This document shows positions 19,101-28,159 of a stretch of DNA of 64,000 bases, in pieces; the stretch's first letter is position 1, and each line of letters opens with the position of its first letter. A program made the translations under genes and the position numbers. This DNA comes from a virus. The DNA lies in IMG/VR virus record IMGVR_UViG_3300043568_002887, positions 4,261-68,260 of that record; one strand, given 5' to 3'. The notes beneath the pieces were generated by a model. It had not been told where the DNA came from. It did not search any database and was given only the letters and a program-made list of their open reading frames with translations.

Positions 19101-21421
19101 TTTGTATATGTACTTGAATAAAAATCAAAATCAAGATCTTTAATTAAGTAGAATGAAAGAAGACCAAATGAAGGTCTAAATTTAGGCTTCATCACAAATT
19201 CCTTATTTGAAATAGTAGGAGTCTCATTCTCTTCAAGAACTACAACTATTTTATTCAGATATCTGTCGAGAGTCCTTGTTCGTAATGCTTGAGTTGTTGA
19301 GTTAGTCTCATTTATTTCATCAATATATTGAGATACCTTTCTGATTTTTGACCAGCTATCTGAAGATTTTATTAGGATTGAATCAAAATTTTGATTAATT
19401 TTCTTAAGATGGCCTGCATCAAGAATTAAACGATTACCTATCTCTTTAGATCCTCCATTAAATTGAATTTGAGATCCAATTAAATCAGTATTTGTATAAA
19501 TATCATTAACTGTAATTACTGAATAGTCTGAAGACGGTGAAGTAAATGATATTTTATGTATTGCATCAAAATCACCGATTGTATTTAGTTTTATAAATAC
19601 TTGATCGCCATATGCATAAGCAGTAAATGCAGCATTTCTAATTCCATTTATACAGCCAACTAGGGCACTAACGACTTGAGTAGGTGTACCGGTGCCATTC
19701 ATATAGAACTCGTCAAAACCTAGGATATTATCGTAATCGTTATACACATAATATTCTCCTGGATTAGGAATGAGTGGATATGTTTGAGTTGCTACAATTA
19801 AATCATATTTTCCAATAATATCTACCTGAGTACCATTTGGGTGGTATATTCTAATTTCATCATAGTTATTCAAATTTGAATTAATCTTAATTACTCCATA
19901 TGAGTGTCCACCAACTTTTGTTGATTCACCAAGATCTTGCAAAAATAGATTTCTGCTCTGTCCAAAGAAGAGACCTAGATCAATTTGAGTATTTGCGAAC
20001 CTAAATTCACCAGTACTTAATTCTTTTTTAGACGTTCCACTGGCAGATGGAGAAGCTGGGATAGTTGGCACTGTATAAGTATACGTATTATCATCGACTT
20101 TAGTTATTAGGAATTCACCTGAATATTCAGAATCACTAGATGAGATTACTATCAAGTTGTCAGTCTCATACCCGTGAGAGGTGAGAATAGCAGTAACTTG
20201 AGTACCTACTCGACTAAGAGTGACGGCTTGACTTAAATCATACTCAATCTCAAATGGCTGAGTAAGATTTGGCATATATAAATTATTGTCTTTATCGCTA
20301 ATGTAGTTAATAAAGAGATTGTCGGAATCAGTAAAAGTAGGGGCAAATTCTGAAAAATTTACTATTGAGTTTTTAAATGGCACAATAACTCCATTGGGAT
20401 TACTTTGAGTGAGAACAACGTCGTCCGTCTCTAAGAAATTTTTTCTAAATCGTGGAGTATTTTCCCAAGTTCCACGAGTTAAGTATGCTCGGTTTAAATC
20501 AATATCAAGTTTACTTAATTCGATTGCATTTACATATACTCCTAAATATCGATTAAAATCATATTTTGCAGAAGAATCGTCATTGAATACGAATTCAAGA
20601 TTTAGGATATTTGGAAAAATAATCCCATTTCTTGAAAATCCATTTGTAATATTTTCTTCAAAGAACTTCAAAGGATTTGAACTTGAATAGAGATCGTATG
20701 TTAACTCTCCTCTACTTCCAAAAGTTCCTTCATTAATTATGATACCGTTCCACGTAGTAAAATCATCTTCTCCATAAGATACAGAAAGAGGACTTATTGG
20801 AAAATTAGAACTATTTAGATAGTCTCTTAAATACTTTCCTGGAACCGTTTCTGCTCTAAGATCAAATGTTTTTATAATTGACGCTTTATTAAATAGGTCA
20901 ATTAGATAATCTGTTTTAGATTCACCAGCTTCGTACTTTTGTTTGACTTCGTCTAATGGAAAATTTGCTGGATCTTCAATCTTAAAGATTATAAAATAAT
21001 CTGGTACGTCCTTCTTAAGATATATTGGAGCAAAGTATGACATTCTCTCAACATACTTATTGGAAGCTAAGTATTTTACTCCACTAAAATAATGAGAAAA
21101 ATCATATTGATCCTTAAAATTCTTAGAGGTTTTTGTTGAATCAACCTGCTCAGTTAGGTCAAACGTAATCTCATTTGGAGTAGAGCCACTATTTAAAAAT
21201 CTAAATATGTTTGCTGGATGAGACTGTTTAATATCAATTGGAACCTTTGAATAGAGATCTTTCGATAATTCAGGGTTAGCTTTAATTGATTCTAGCCACA
21301 TCCCACCTTCCTCACTTATTGCAATTTTAATATTCCCAGTTAGCTTAGGATTTGTTCTAACTAATTGAAAACTATTATCTTCTGTTAATAATGGAACATA
21401 TGCTATGTCGCGATTACTCAT
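16196..21421 (-). CDS. Very large virion structural protein (baseplate/tail associated)
   Basis: 1741 aa within the structural block; internal HGYETDNLIVI...YSGEFLITKVDDNTYTY beta module. Confidence 0.6.
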   Translation of the reverse strand: MSNRDIAYVPLLTEDNSFQLVRTNPKLTGNIKIAISEEGGMWLESIKANPELSKDLYSKVPIDIKQSHPANIFRFLNSGSTPNEITFDLTEQVDSTKTSKNFKDQYDFSHYFSGVKYLASNKYVERMSYFAPIYLKKDVPDYFIIFKIEDPANFPLDEVKQKYEAGESKTDYLIDLFNKASIIKTFDLRAETVPGKYLRDYLNSSNFPISPLSVSYGEDDFTTWNGIIINEGTFGSRGELTYDLYSSSNPLKFFEENITNGFSRNGIIFPNILNLEFVFNDDSSAKYDFNRYLGVYVNAIELSKLDIDLNRAYLTRGTWENTPRFRKNFLETDDVVLTQSNPNGVIVPFKNSIVNFSEFAPTFTDSDNLFINYISDKDNNLYMPNLTQPFEIEYDLSQAVTLSRVGTQVTAILTSHGYETDNLIVISSSDSEYSGEFLITKVDDNTYTYTVPTIPASPSASGTSKKELSTGEFRFANTQIDLGLFFGQSRNLFLQDLGESTKVGGHSYGVIKINSNLNNYDEIRIYHPNGTQVDIIGKYDLIVATQTYPLIPNPGEYYVYNDYDNILGFDEFYMNGTGTPTQVVSALVGCINGIRNAAFTAYAYGDQVFIKLNTIGDFDAIHKISFTSPSSDYSVITVNDIYTNTDLIGSQIQFNGGSKEIGNRLILDAGHLKKINQNFDSILIKSSDSWSKIRKVSQYIDEINETNSTTQALRTRTLDRYLNKIVVVLEENETPTISNKEFVMKPKFRPSFGLLSFYLIKDLDFDFYSSTYTNFPNIDLYEYYFIPEGVNLLSPLVDYIVYSGTINVDDGTALGAIYPAGSPFTVPFQTSYSIISGTPLVTYNPSTTSNIIPINDVDRELKEFGGFSILKDPSKIVPQNTSNEYELKTKYLNGFTDTEYDFYKENESLDFALRSKIIPYINKWGIKNGKDTRDNPYRLNTELVFGRNNFSPDHEDRTQNPVNFTHEWFYIESKFGYINDESTIAQNTNYFEISLDDTALVNDPDYFINYFTYTPSTLAGKEIADTQFRYSSLIKNSAGQYEAFFKGFKIAFKDVTDPAVFGADGKPVANENSTRFEGYKFSCILKPIKEDINDQTQQPVSYKVIEHRDNKFIVIVIEVVLGDVDDLSIDPYWKSGSTAILDTTNFNDIALFTPINPAVTQPFATINGDYRITFDANSVSNVTHTLLYSLKNKKYNNLSGAYSNTKMASKLDLASGVDPADNTIKRLPNISIPDYPAILPEDIIKPTAKTPIFIKDTSTGFDLFLIEVNSFVPSDPIVNTIDYSLDQFVHYDGTYQTGLVIPTTPTLTLYSILPASLTSIINNYYVFKVLTGGENYYERLLEKISFAKFKKYVNDLSPIVQYYSYTDTGILAADPNFYIEIPDVSQIEKANQVITRNTESIPIQFAGQIDIGTAYEVADLSVKYELNRYKGEYEPVTQNYSIYQSNYKFKNNLINDLSLSNTRLNSDVTSLLTIQNFNHIKVADSQILVLESDESYLPIYPKINEVAIGKKDYFLLRGNWDWGFHHRYTNKETSVPVSGALRVEEDDSFLAKLITLPEAIELENFNIEYIDATKEFNTVDISKIEIVAKETPLTVEGVINVNNVLTRHLIEDGIDAKFNEYLINSNQFIGNFNSISDPDILVSSYVREYIKLNILKLYDIDTNEFYSKQNTALISTSQQAGSNPNSIEFVFLNDQQRFTQGYNILKSLQINKKDKLILKFSFAKKQGSGLSISPKIKIKFI

Positions 21422-21445
21422 ATTAGCGGGTTGCTCATTTTTTTA

Positions 21446-24400
21446 TTAGAAACTTGAGATATTTCCTCTACTTTGAACTAGCGGAGCATCAAGAGTAGTC
21501 TCTTTAATATATTGTGCACTTACGTTTAGATCAAATGAGAATGGGGCATCGTCTTTTAAGATAATGTCTATTCCTAGTTTCTTTGAATATTTTATATTAG
21601 TTAATGTACCGGTGGTTCTATATCCACCAATAAATCCTAATTTATCTGATGCTCTAAATTGAAATAGGACAGGAATGTTTAATGCGTTTTCTGAACCAAA
21701 TTTAACGGCCTTTGTTGATCTTGCAGGAAAGTTTCCTTCAACTGATGCTGATTCGTAGGTAGTCGGGTACATGTATAAGTATACACCACATGTATATTTT
21801 CCAATTAAGTATTCGTCATTTTTAGTGAATCCTAATTTGATCGGATAGTGAGTATCATTCTTACCGATTGCTGTGTTATTTGCAGTAGGTGTAGATGGTG
21901 TAATTCTACTTGCTTGCTTATAATAGGAAACTCCATATGCATTCGCTCCCTCTGAAACAGAAGTCTCAAAGTGCAGTGCGTGTGCAAATGGTAAATATTT
22001 TTGAGAATCCGCTGAAGTAATAGGGGTGCCTGAATTAAAATCAGGTCTAAAGGCTTCAGCGATATTTGCAACTAGGAAAGACGGGCCACATAGTGTTGGT
22101 AATTCAGGATGGTCTTTACTTATACAAAATTCGCTAAGTCTACCTCCACCATTTGCAGTCACAGTAGGCGCAGCGGCAGTAGTTGTACCGTTCCATACTC
22201 GAAGATCAGTAGCTGTTCCAGGAATAGCAGTATCTGGTTTAAACGGCAAATAGTGTCCCCAGTTTGCAGGAACATTTGAGGTAGTACCAACAGTTCTACC
22301 TCCATATACATATGCTTGAGTATAATACGTAGCACCAGAATATGTTGTAACTGGCAAGCTAGGCGAATATATTTCTTCAGAAAGTCCATATTCTCTTACT
22401 CTTGAGTGAATAAATTGACTTTTTACTTGGCCAGATTGAGCGCTTGCTTTTTGTTTAAAGTTACTAATTAGTGGCGTAGGATTTGAATTTACTCCAATTG
22501 GAACAATATCATATCTTCTATTTACATGATAGTCTTCATCAGGATATGCAATAGGGTCAGACACTGTAGCAATTTGACTAATTCCTCCAAATAGTAGAGA
22601 AACTAATTCAAGATTAGTGGCAGAAGTATTTTGAATTGAAATAGCATATTGCTTAGTTATAACTGCTCCTTCATTATAGATTACAGTTCCACCAGTAGTA
22701 TCCTTAATTAGATCCTTATAATATCCTGCAAATAGGTCAATTGTATCTCCATTAGCAACATCTAGTGAATTACCAGCAGAGTCAATAACACTGACTTTAA
22801 TTACACCACGATCAAGATTAATAGATTGCTGAATTGCATCTAGTGTTGTTTGCAAGCCTTTTAATTTTTGATACAGGTCAATTACATTACCTTCAGTTGT
22901 AAAAAATCCACTTGATATATCTTCAGCAATATGTCCATAGAACTTATCTCCAGAAGTAAATTGATTTGCTAGGTGATTGTCTAATCCTTTTGCATTTAAA
23001 CTATTTTCAAAATCTAGTCGGGCCTTTTCAGCAAAGGTTTTTTGTGAAGTAATTACGCCCTCTTCTTGAGATTGAATCTCTTCTGGAAATTTAACTTGAA
23101 CTACATTTGACCATGCCGATTCAGCTGCGTTACTTGGCCAGCCTGCTTCAGAAAGAGATTTAACTTGAATTTCAACAATCTCTCCTTTTCTAATTGCAAT
23201 ATTTAACTGGTTTGTGTTAACTACCTCCGAGTCAGTAAGAGTCTCTTCAGCCCATTCATAAAGTCCAGTAGCCTCATTTAAAACTTTTATTCTAGGTTTA
23301 GTCAATACTTCAGTAAATGGAGAAAAGGTAGCTGATTTAGTTGTTCCATCTACATCAACATACGACTGTTGTTGAGCATTAGGCTGAGTTCCAGTTGAAC
23401 TTAGGTATCGGTATCGATACTTAAACTGTACTACATTTTGCGTTCCATACTTATCAAGTTTAGGATTAGGTATTTGCCAAAATCCTCGAACCTCATATTT
23501 TCTATTGGTTACAAATTGAGGAGTTGTAGAAAGTTGAGTTGTAATATTTGTTACGATTGAGGATAGCGCAGTGGTCTTTTCATTTCTTGCAGTTAGGGAT
23601 TCAGTTAACTGTTTCTGTAATCGTTTTGCCTCCTTTGGAGTTTTAGAAACAGTTGTGATATTTGCTTTAATTGAATCAATTTTCTTATTAAGTTCTTCCA
23701 CTTCCTGTTGAAGAGCGGCTTTTTCTTTAACACTATTGTTTAAGTCAGTTAAACTTTTATCATTTTGTATATGTTGATCAATTTGATATACTTTAAAGCT
23801 TGCATCAGCGAGTACTGGTGCATCTGGCGTGATTGCTAAGATTGACGGCAGAGTCTTTTCTTTTGCAAGGTTTAGTAAGATTAGTCCAAAATCAGACACG
23901 AAATTATTATAGTAATCAGCAAGAGTAGAGGTAGACTCATCCTGTAAAGGAATAGTCAACTCATTTGTATATAAGGCTAGACCTTTTGAAAAATCGCTAA
24001 TTGTTAAATTCTTAGATTTACTTACAGGTTTAATAAAGATTATCTCTCTTTCGTTAAATCCAACATTTACTTGTAATTCAGGACGACGATATGGTACTGG
24101 CTTTAATTTAAGGATAATTGAACCAATTGTAATAGGGTCATTTCCAAATATTCTTTCAAGAACAACTTCAGTATCAGTAGAGTTTATTGAAACTACTCGA
24201 TATTCACTATCATTTGCAGTGATTAGAACATCGCCTTCAGCTAATGATTTACTGTTCTGTATTCCAGATAGAACATCTGTATACACAAGAGTGCTTAATT
24301 TATATCTACGACGTAACGTTGAAACAATTGCACCGCTAGTAAGAGTCTGATTTCCAGTTTCTTCTAATATCTTGACTACATCAAATGATCCATTGTATCG

Positions 24401-25039
24401 ATTAACAGATATTTCCATATCTACTGTGTTGTCATCTTCAAAAAAGTCGATACTATTATCGTTAAGTTCTTGAACAATATCTGCATATACTAGATCGTTT
24501 TGTCCTTTGTAGTTTTCATCAAAAAATGTAGCTACATCATCATTATTTACTGAGTTAACAATAATTCTCTTAACTACAAATTGATCAATATCATCAGTTA
24601 GGACAGTTGATATATCTAAGCTTACATAAAGTAATGGATTTAGGAATGATTCAAAAAACCAGTTATTTTTTACTTTAAATGAACTAGGAACAGTAAATGT
24701 AGAATTTTGAACTGTTTCAAGATCTTTAATTAATTGAGAAGTCTTTTTTAACTCAAATTTTCTAATATCTCCATTTGAAGATTTAATACCAATCACGTCA
24801 CCGTTTGCTGAAATTAGGGTATCAAACTTAGTGTTAATGTCTTCAATTTTACCTTTTAAATATCCAAATGAAGGAACTGTAATATTAGTTGATGTTCCAT
24901 CGACTTTAGTTTGAGACACAGTAACATTTTCAGAACTTGATTCTAGGATATTCTGTAAACTGAATAGAAATTTATTCATGTTATCTATATCAACAACAAG
25001 CCTCTTTAAAACGTCAGATAGTGTATGTTTTGTTTCCAT
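21446..25039 (-). CDS. Large virion structural protein with central coiled coil
   Basis: 1197 aa; heptad-rich segment LQQEVEELNKKIDSIK; structural context. Confidence 0.55.
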   Translation of the reverse strand: METKHTLSDVLKRLVVDIDNMNKFLFSLQNILESSSENVTVSQTKVDGTSTNITVPSFGYLKGKIEDINTKFDTLISANGDVIGIKSSNGDIRKFELKKTSQLIKDLETVQNSTFTVPSSFKVKNNWFFESFLNPLLYVSLDISTVLTDDIDQFVVKRIIVNSVNNDDVATFFDENYKGQNDLVYADIVQELNDNSIDFFEDDNTVDMEISVNRYNGSFDVVKILEETGNQTLTSGAIVSTLRRRYKLSTLVYTDVLSGIQNSKSLAEGDVLITANDSEYRVVSINSTDTEVVLERIFGNDPITIGSIILKLKPVPYRRPELQVNVGFNEREIIFIKPVSKSKNLTISDFSKGLALYTNELTIPLQDESTSTLADYYNNFVSDFGLILLNLAKEKTLPSILAITPDAPVLADASFKVYQIDQHIQNDKSLTDLNNSVKEKAALQQEVEELNKKIDSIKANITTVSKTPKEAKRLQKQLTESLTARNEKTTALSSIVTNITTQLSTTPQFVTNRKYEVRGFWQIPNPKLDKYGTQNVVQFKYRYRYLSSTGTQPNAQQQSYVDVDGTTKSATFSPFTEVLTKPRIKVLNEATGLYEWAEETLTDSEVVNTNQLNIAIRKGEIVEIQVKSLSEAGWPSNAAESAWSNVVQVKFPEEIQSQEEGVITSQKTFAEKARLDFENSLNAKGLDNHLANQFTSGDKFYGHIAEDISSGFFTTEGNVIDLYQKLKGLQTTLDAIQQSINLDRGVIKVSVIDSAGNSLDVANGDTIDLFAGYYKDLIKDTTGGTVIYNEGAVITKQYAISIQNTSATNLELVSLLFGGISQIATVSDPIAYPDEDYHVNRRYDIVPIGVNSNPTPLISNFKQKASAQSGQVKSQFIHSRVREYGLSEEIYSPSLPVTTYSGATYYTQAYVYGGRTVGTTSNVPANWGHYLPFKPDTAIPGTATDLRVWNGTTTAAAPTVTANGGGRLSEFCISKDHPELPTLCGPSFLVANIAEAFRPDFNSGTPITSADSQKYLPFAHALHFETSVSEGANAYGVSYYKQASRITPSTPTANNTAIGKNDTHYPIKLGFTKNDEYLIGKYTCGVYLYMYPTTYESASVEGNFPARSTKAVKFGSENALNIPVLFQFRASDKLGFIGGYRTTGTLTNIKYSKKLGIDIILKDDAPFSFDLNVSAQYIKETTLDAPLVQSRGNISSF

Positions 25040-25049
25040 GTATTTTGGT

Positions 25050-27146
25050 TTATCTTATTTTGTCTACTCTAAATGTAAAATTGGTATCGTCTAAACAAAT
25101 AATATCAAATATTGGTTTATTTAGTGATGGTGTAAAATCTAAATCATTAAAGACTCCTATCGCGACACCATATGTTCCAGTGTTATTTCTATTGAGAGCA
25201 TCAGTGTATATTTTAAAATCGTAAATTCCTGGGATAAGTTCATCCTCTATCACTAATCGAAGAACTTGTCCTTTTTTCCAAGTGATTGTAGTATCATCTA
25301 TATAAAGAGATAAATCAGAAGTTAAAAGGATCGGTGTGGTTGAATTCTGGTGGACAAAATAGTTTGTAAATGTTCCAAGAGTAAGGGTATTTCCAGTAAA
25401 AATATTTGTTACTGAACCATTTGCAATATTATATTGCTGATTAGTATTAACTACACGTACTCTATTTGGAGTCGTACGATCAATAACGATACCCTCGCCT
25501 GGTCGAATTCCATTAAGGTCATATGAAACAACTATGTTTGAGTCACCTGAAATTATAGAATTAATTTTAGTATTGGTATTATCAATCATTGCTACAAGTT
25601 CTCCAGTATTACTAAAGATTGCTTGATTTGCAATTAATGATGTTTCTAAGTTAGATACTCTAGTTAATATTTCGCTAGAATCAACTGAGTTTATAAGTAG
25701 ATCCTTTAGAGAATTTACCTGTTGTTGTAAAGCTTCAAGTTCAATTAATTTATTTGAAAAAGTAGTTTGAAGCTGTGTAAACTTAGTTAAGACATCGGTA
25801 AATAATTCTAGAGAAAATGTAGAGTAATCATTAATTGATTTTTCTACTTTAGCATCCTCAATTGAAGTATCCAATTTAAGATTTAACTTAAATGAAAAAG
25901 CATTACCATTAGTCTTATTTAATGGATCTGGCTTGTATTTAGTAATTGGAGGAATTGAAAATTCTAATCCACTCTGTTGGATCTTGTCTAAGAATAGAAC
26001 TCCATATAAGTTTGTCTTAAAGTCAATTGGGTTTCCAGTAGCATCCAAGTTATTTGGATCGTATGTATCATAATAAACTAGGACAGCATTAAATTCAAAG
26101 TCACGATTAGCAACATAATCATTAAATTGAGAAAATACTTTAATTTCTGGATTCTCACTAGCTAATTTATAGTTAGCTAAGTCAAAATCAAGTGATATAC
26201 CATCAAGTGTAGATCGTTGGTACTCAATAACAGTGGAACCTTGAGTTTTTCTAATAAATTGGTCTTGTGCGACACTAAAATTAGCGATAGAATCAAAATA
26301 ATATGCATTATTAATAGTGCCTGAAAACCAGTTACCTGGAGAATATGTTCCAGCTAAAGTATTTTTAATTTCAGCAGTTACACTAGCATCATCTAAATCA
26401 TAAAAAGCTTTTAATGATAATCCAAATGGATGTGAGTCATTATAATGTCTACCTGAAAGATATTCAATATCTAATGGTGCAGCTAAAGTATTAGCAATAG
26501 GCGGTAGAGATGGTTTATAATTATCGTCCGGCACTGACTTAAATAGAACGTGTGGAGTAGTACCTACATTGGTAGGTACATGAATATAAACTTCAGTATA
26601 TGAGTTTTCACTAGATGACAGAGTATTTACTACATCAATATCACCAATATATTTTACTACTCGGTTATATGTGGAATTTGTTTCAGGTTTTTCAACAAAT
26701 CTAGGGTCGCTTAGTAGAACGGCTGTGTTTTTCTCAAGAGCATTGGCATCCTGAAATCTAATTGCTCCTAATTCCTTTAACCATTTCCAAAATACTCTTT
26801 CAGAAACTGTAAGTCTCTCATTCTTCTTATATGATGGTCGACTTAATAATAGTGATTCAAAGTTAAGAGCATAATTTTGAAAGCTTTCCGCCAAGTTTAC
26901 GTTATTATCTGGATTAAGTCCTTCAATTATTGGAGACTCACCAGCTGCGCCGAACTGTATTTTATTATCAGTTGCTAGGGTATTAGGCGTCCCGATTTCA
27001 GGTATTCTAAGCAACACAAACTTTGAAAAACGAACAGAGTTTTCACTATTCGCTAACGTGATATTTATGTCTTCAAGAGCACTTTGAAAGTTATAAAATA
27101 TCCCCTTCTTGTCCTGAACTGGCTTAATTAAAGGAGTTACTGCCAT
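25050..27146 (-). CDS. Virion structural protein with coiled coil
   Basis: 698 aa; LEALQQQVNSLKD segment; structural context. Confidence 0.55.
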   Translation of the reverse strand: MAVTPLIKPVQDKKGIFYNFQSALEDINITLANSENSVRFSKFVLLRIPEIGTPNTLATDNKIQFGAAGESPIIEGLNPDNNVNLAESFQNYALNFESLLLSRPSYKKNERLTVSERVFWKWLKELGAIRFQDANALEKNTAVLLSDPRFVEKPETNSTYNRVVKYIGDIDVVNTLSSSENSYTEVYIHVPTNVGTTPHVLFKSVPDDNYKPSLPPIANTLAAPLDIEYLSGRHYNDSHPFGLSLKAFYDLDDASVTAEIKNTLAGTYSPGNWFSGTINNAYYFDSIANFSVAQDQFIRKTQGSTVIEYQRSTLDGISLDFDLANYKLASENPEIKVFSQFNDYVANRDFEFNAVLVYYDTYDPNNLDATGNPIDFKTNLYGVLFLDKIQQSGLEFSIPPITKYKPDPLNKTNGNAFSFKLNLKLDTSIEDAKVEKSINDYSTFSLELFTDVLTKFTQLQTTFSNKLIELEALQQQVNSLKDLLINSVDSSEILTRVSNLETSLIANQAIFSNTGELVAMIDNTNTKINSIISGDSNIVVSYDLNGIRPGEGIVIDRTTPNRVRVVNTNQQYNIANGSVTNIFTGNTLTLGTFTNYFVHQNSTTPILLTSDLSLYIDDTTITWKKGQVLRLVIEDELIPGIYDFKIYTDALNRNNTGTYGVAIGVFNDLDFTPSLNKPIFDIICLDDTNFTFRVDKIR

Positions 27147-27167
27147 TTAATTTTTTCTTTTTTTTTA

Positions 27168-28130
27168 TTAGAATACAGATGTTCCAACTAGACTAGTTGC
27201 TAATAGTCGGTCATCACTACTTGAATCAATAATATAGTTAAACGTAACACTTGCTCCATATGGAAGATAAGTAGTGGCTGCCGCTACACCAACTGAGCTA
27301 GAGTCATCATGTAATAAGATAGTATTAGTAGTATTTAAGTTAGTACCAGCAATGAATTTTATCGGAGATCCCCATGTTTGAACGTATGGAGCGGATGGAA
27401 CTGTTGCAATTGAAGTTGATGAAACTGAATTAATTACATCAACAATATAGATTGTAAATTTAGTGTTTTGTGCAGGCGGATTAGTTAAATCAAAATCAAT
27501 AATAATATTAAATTCACTGATATTTGGATCAACTGTAGTTGATCCATCATATACTGGAGTAGTCGCTGGTGCGGTTTCAGCGTTTAAAGTAAGGAATATA
27601 TTTTGTCTAGACGTATTACTTAGTGTGATAGTAGCCTCAGCTGGGGTACCAATTACACCAGCCCATGTTAAGTTAGCTAATACGTTTTCCTTTGATTCAA
27701 TTACACTTGAGTTAATAGTAACTGGTGCATTAAAAACGGTCGTGCCAGTAAGAGTTGCTGAATTAACAATAGTTATATTATTTGTTGTAATTGCAGCAAA
27801 ACTTGAAGATATATTTGATATGATACGATCGACTGTTAAGATTGATTCATTACTAATATTTTTAGCTAAGGTTGCAATAACTGTTGGAGTAGGTAAACCT
27901 GCTTGATAAATTAAACCGCCATCTTGTAGGATAACGTTTTGCGCCTTTAACGAAGTTATAGCATTAGTTGTCCCAATTGAAGTATTTGCAACGTCAATCT
28001 CTAAGTCATTGATTAGGTCTTCAAGCGCAGCCTGAATAAGCAAAGTATTTGCATTTGTTATAGTCGCAATATCTGTAACAAAGTTAGTCATTAGTATTTG
28101 CTGAATTGGTAATGCAATCGGTAATGGCAT
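27168..28130 (-). CDS. Thr/Ile-rich structural protein
   Basis: 320 aa, beta-rich composition, preceded by ATAAATAA. Confidence 0.5.
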   Translation of the reverse strand: MPLPIALPIQQILMTNFVTDIATITNANTLLIQAALEDLINDLEIDVANTSIGTTNAITSLKAQNVILQDGGLIYQAGLPTPTVIATLAKNISNESILTVDRIISNISSSFAAITTNNITIVNSATLTGTTVFNAPVTINSSVIESKENVLANLTWAGVIGTPAEATITLSNTSRQNIFLTLNAETAPATTPVYDGSTTVDPNISEFNIIIDFDLTNPPAQNTKFTIYIVDVINSVSSTSIATVPSAPYVQTWGSPIKFIAGTNLNTTNTILLHDDSSSVGVAAATTYLPYGASVTFNYIIDSSSDDRLLATSLVGTSVF

Positions 28131-28149
28131 AATTAATTAATTATTTTAG

Positions 28150-28157
28150 TTATTTAT
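28150..28157 (-). promoter_or_regulatory. Late-promoter-like box ATAAATAA
   Basis: About 20 nt upstream of the start at 28130. Confidence 0.5.
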
Positions 28158-28159
28158 TA

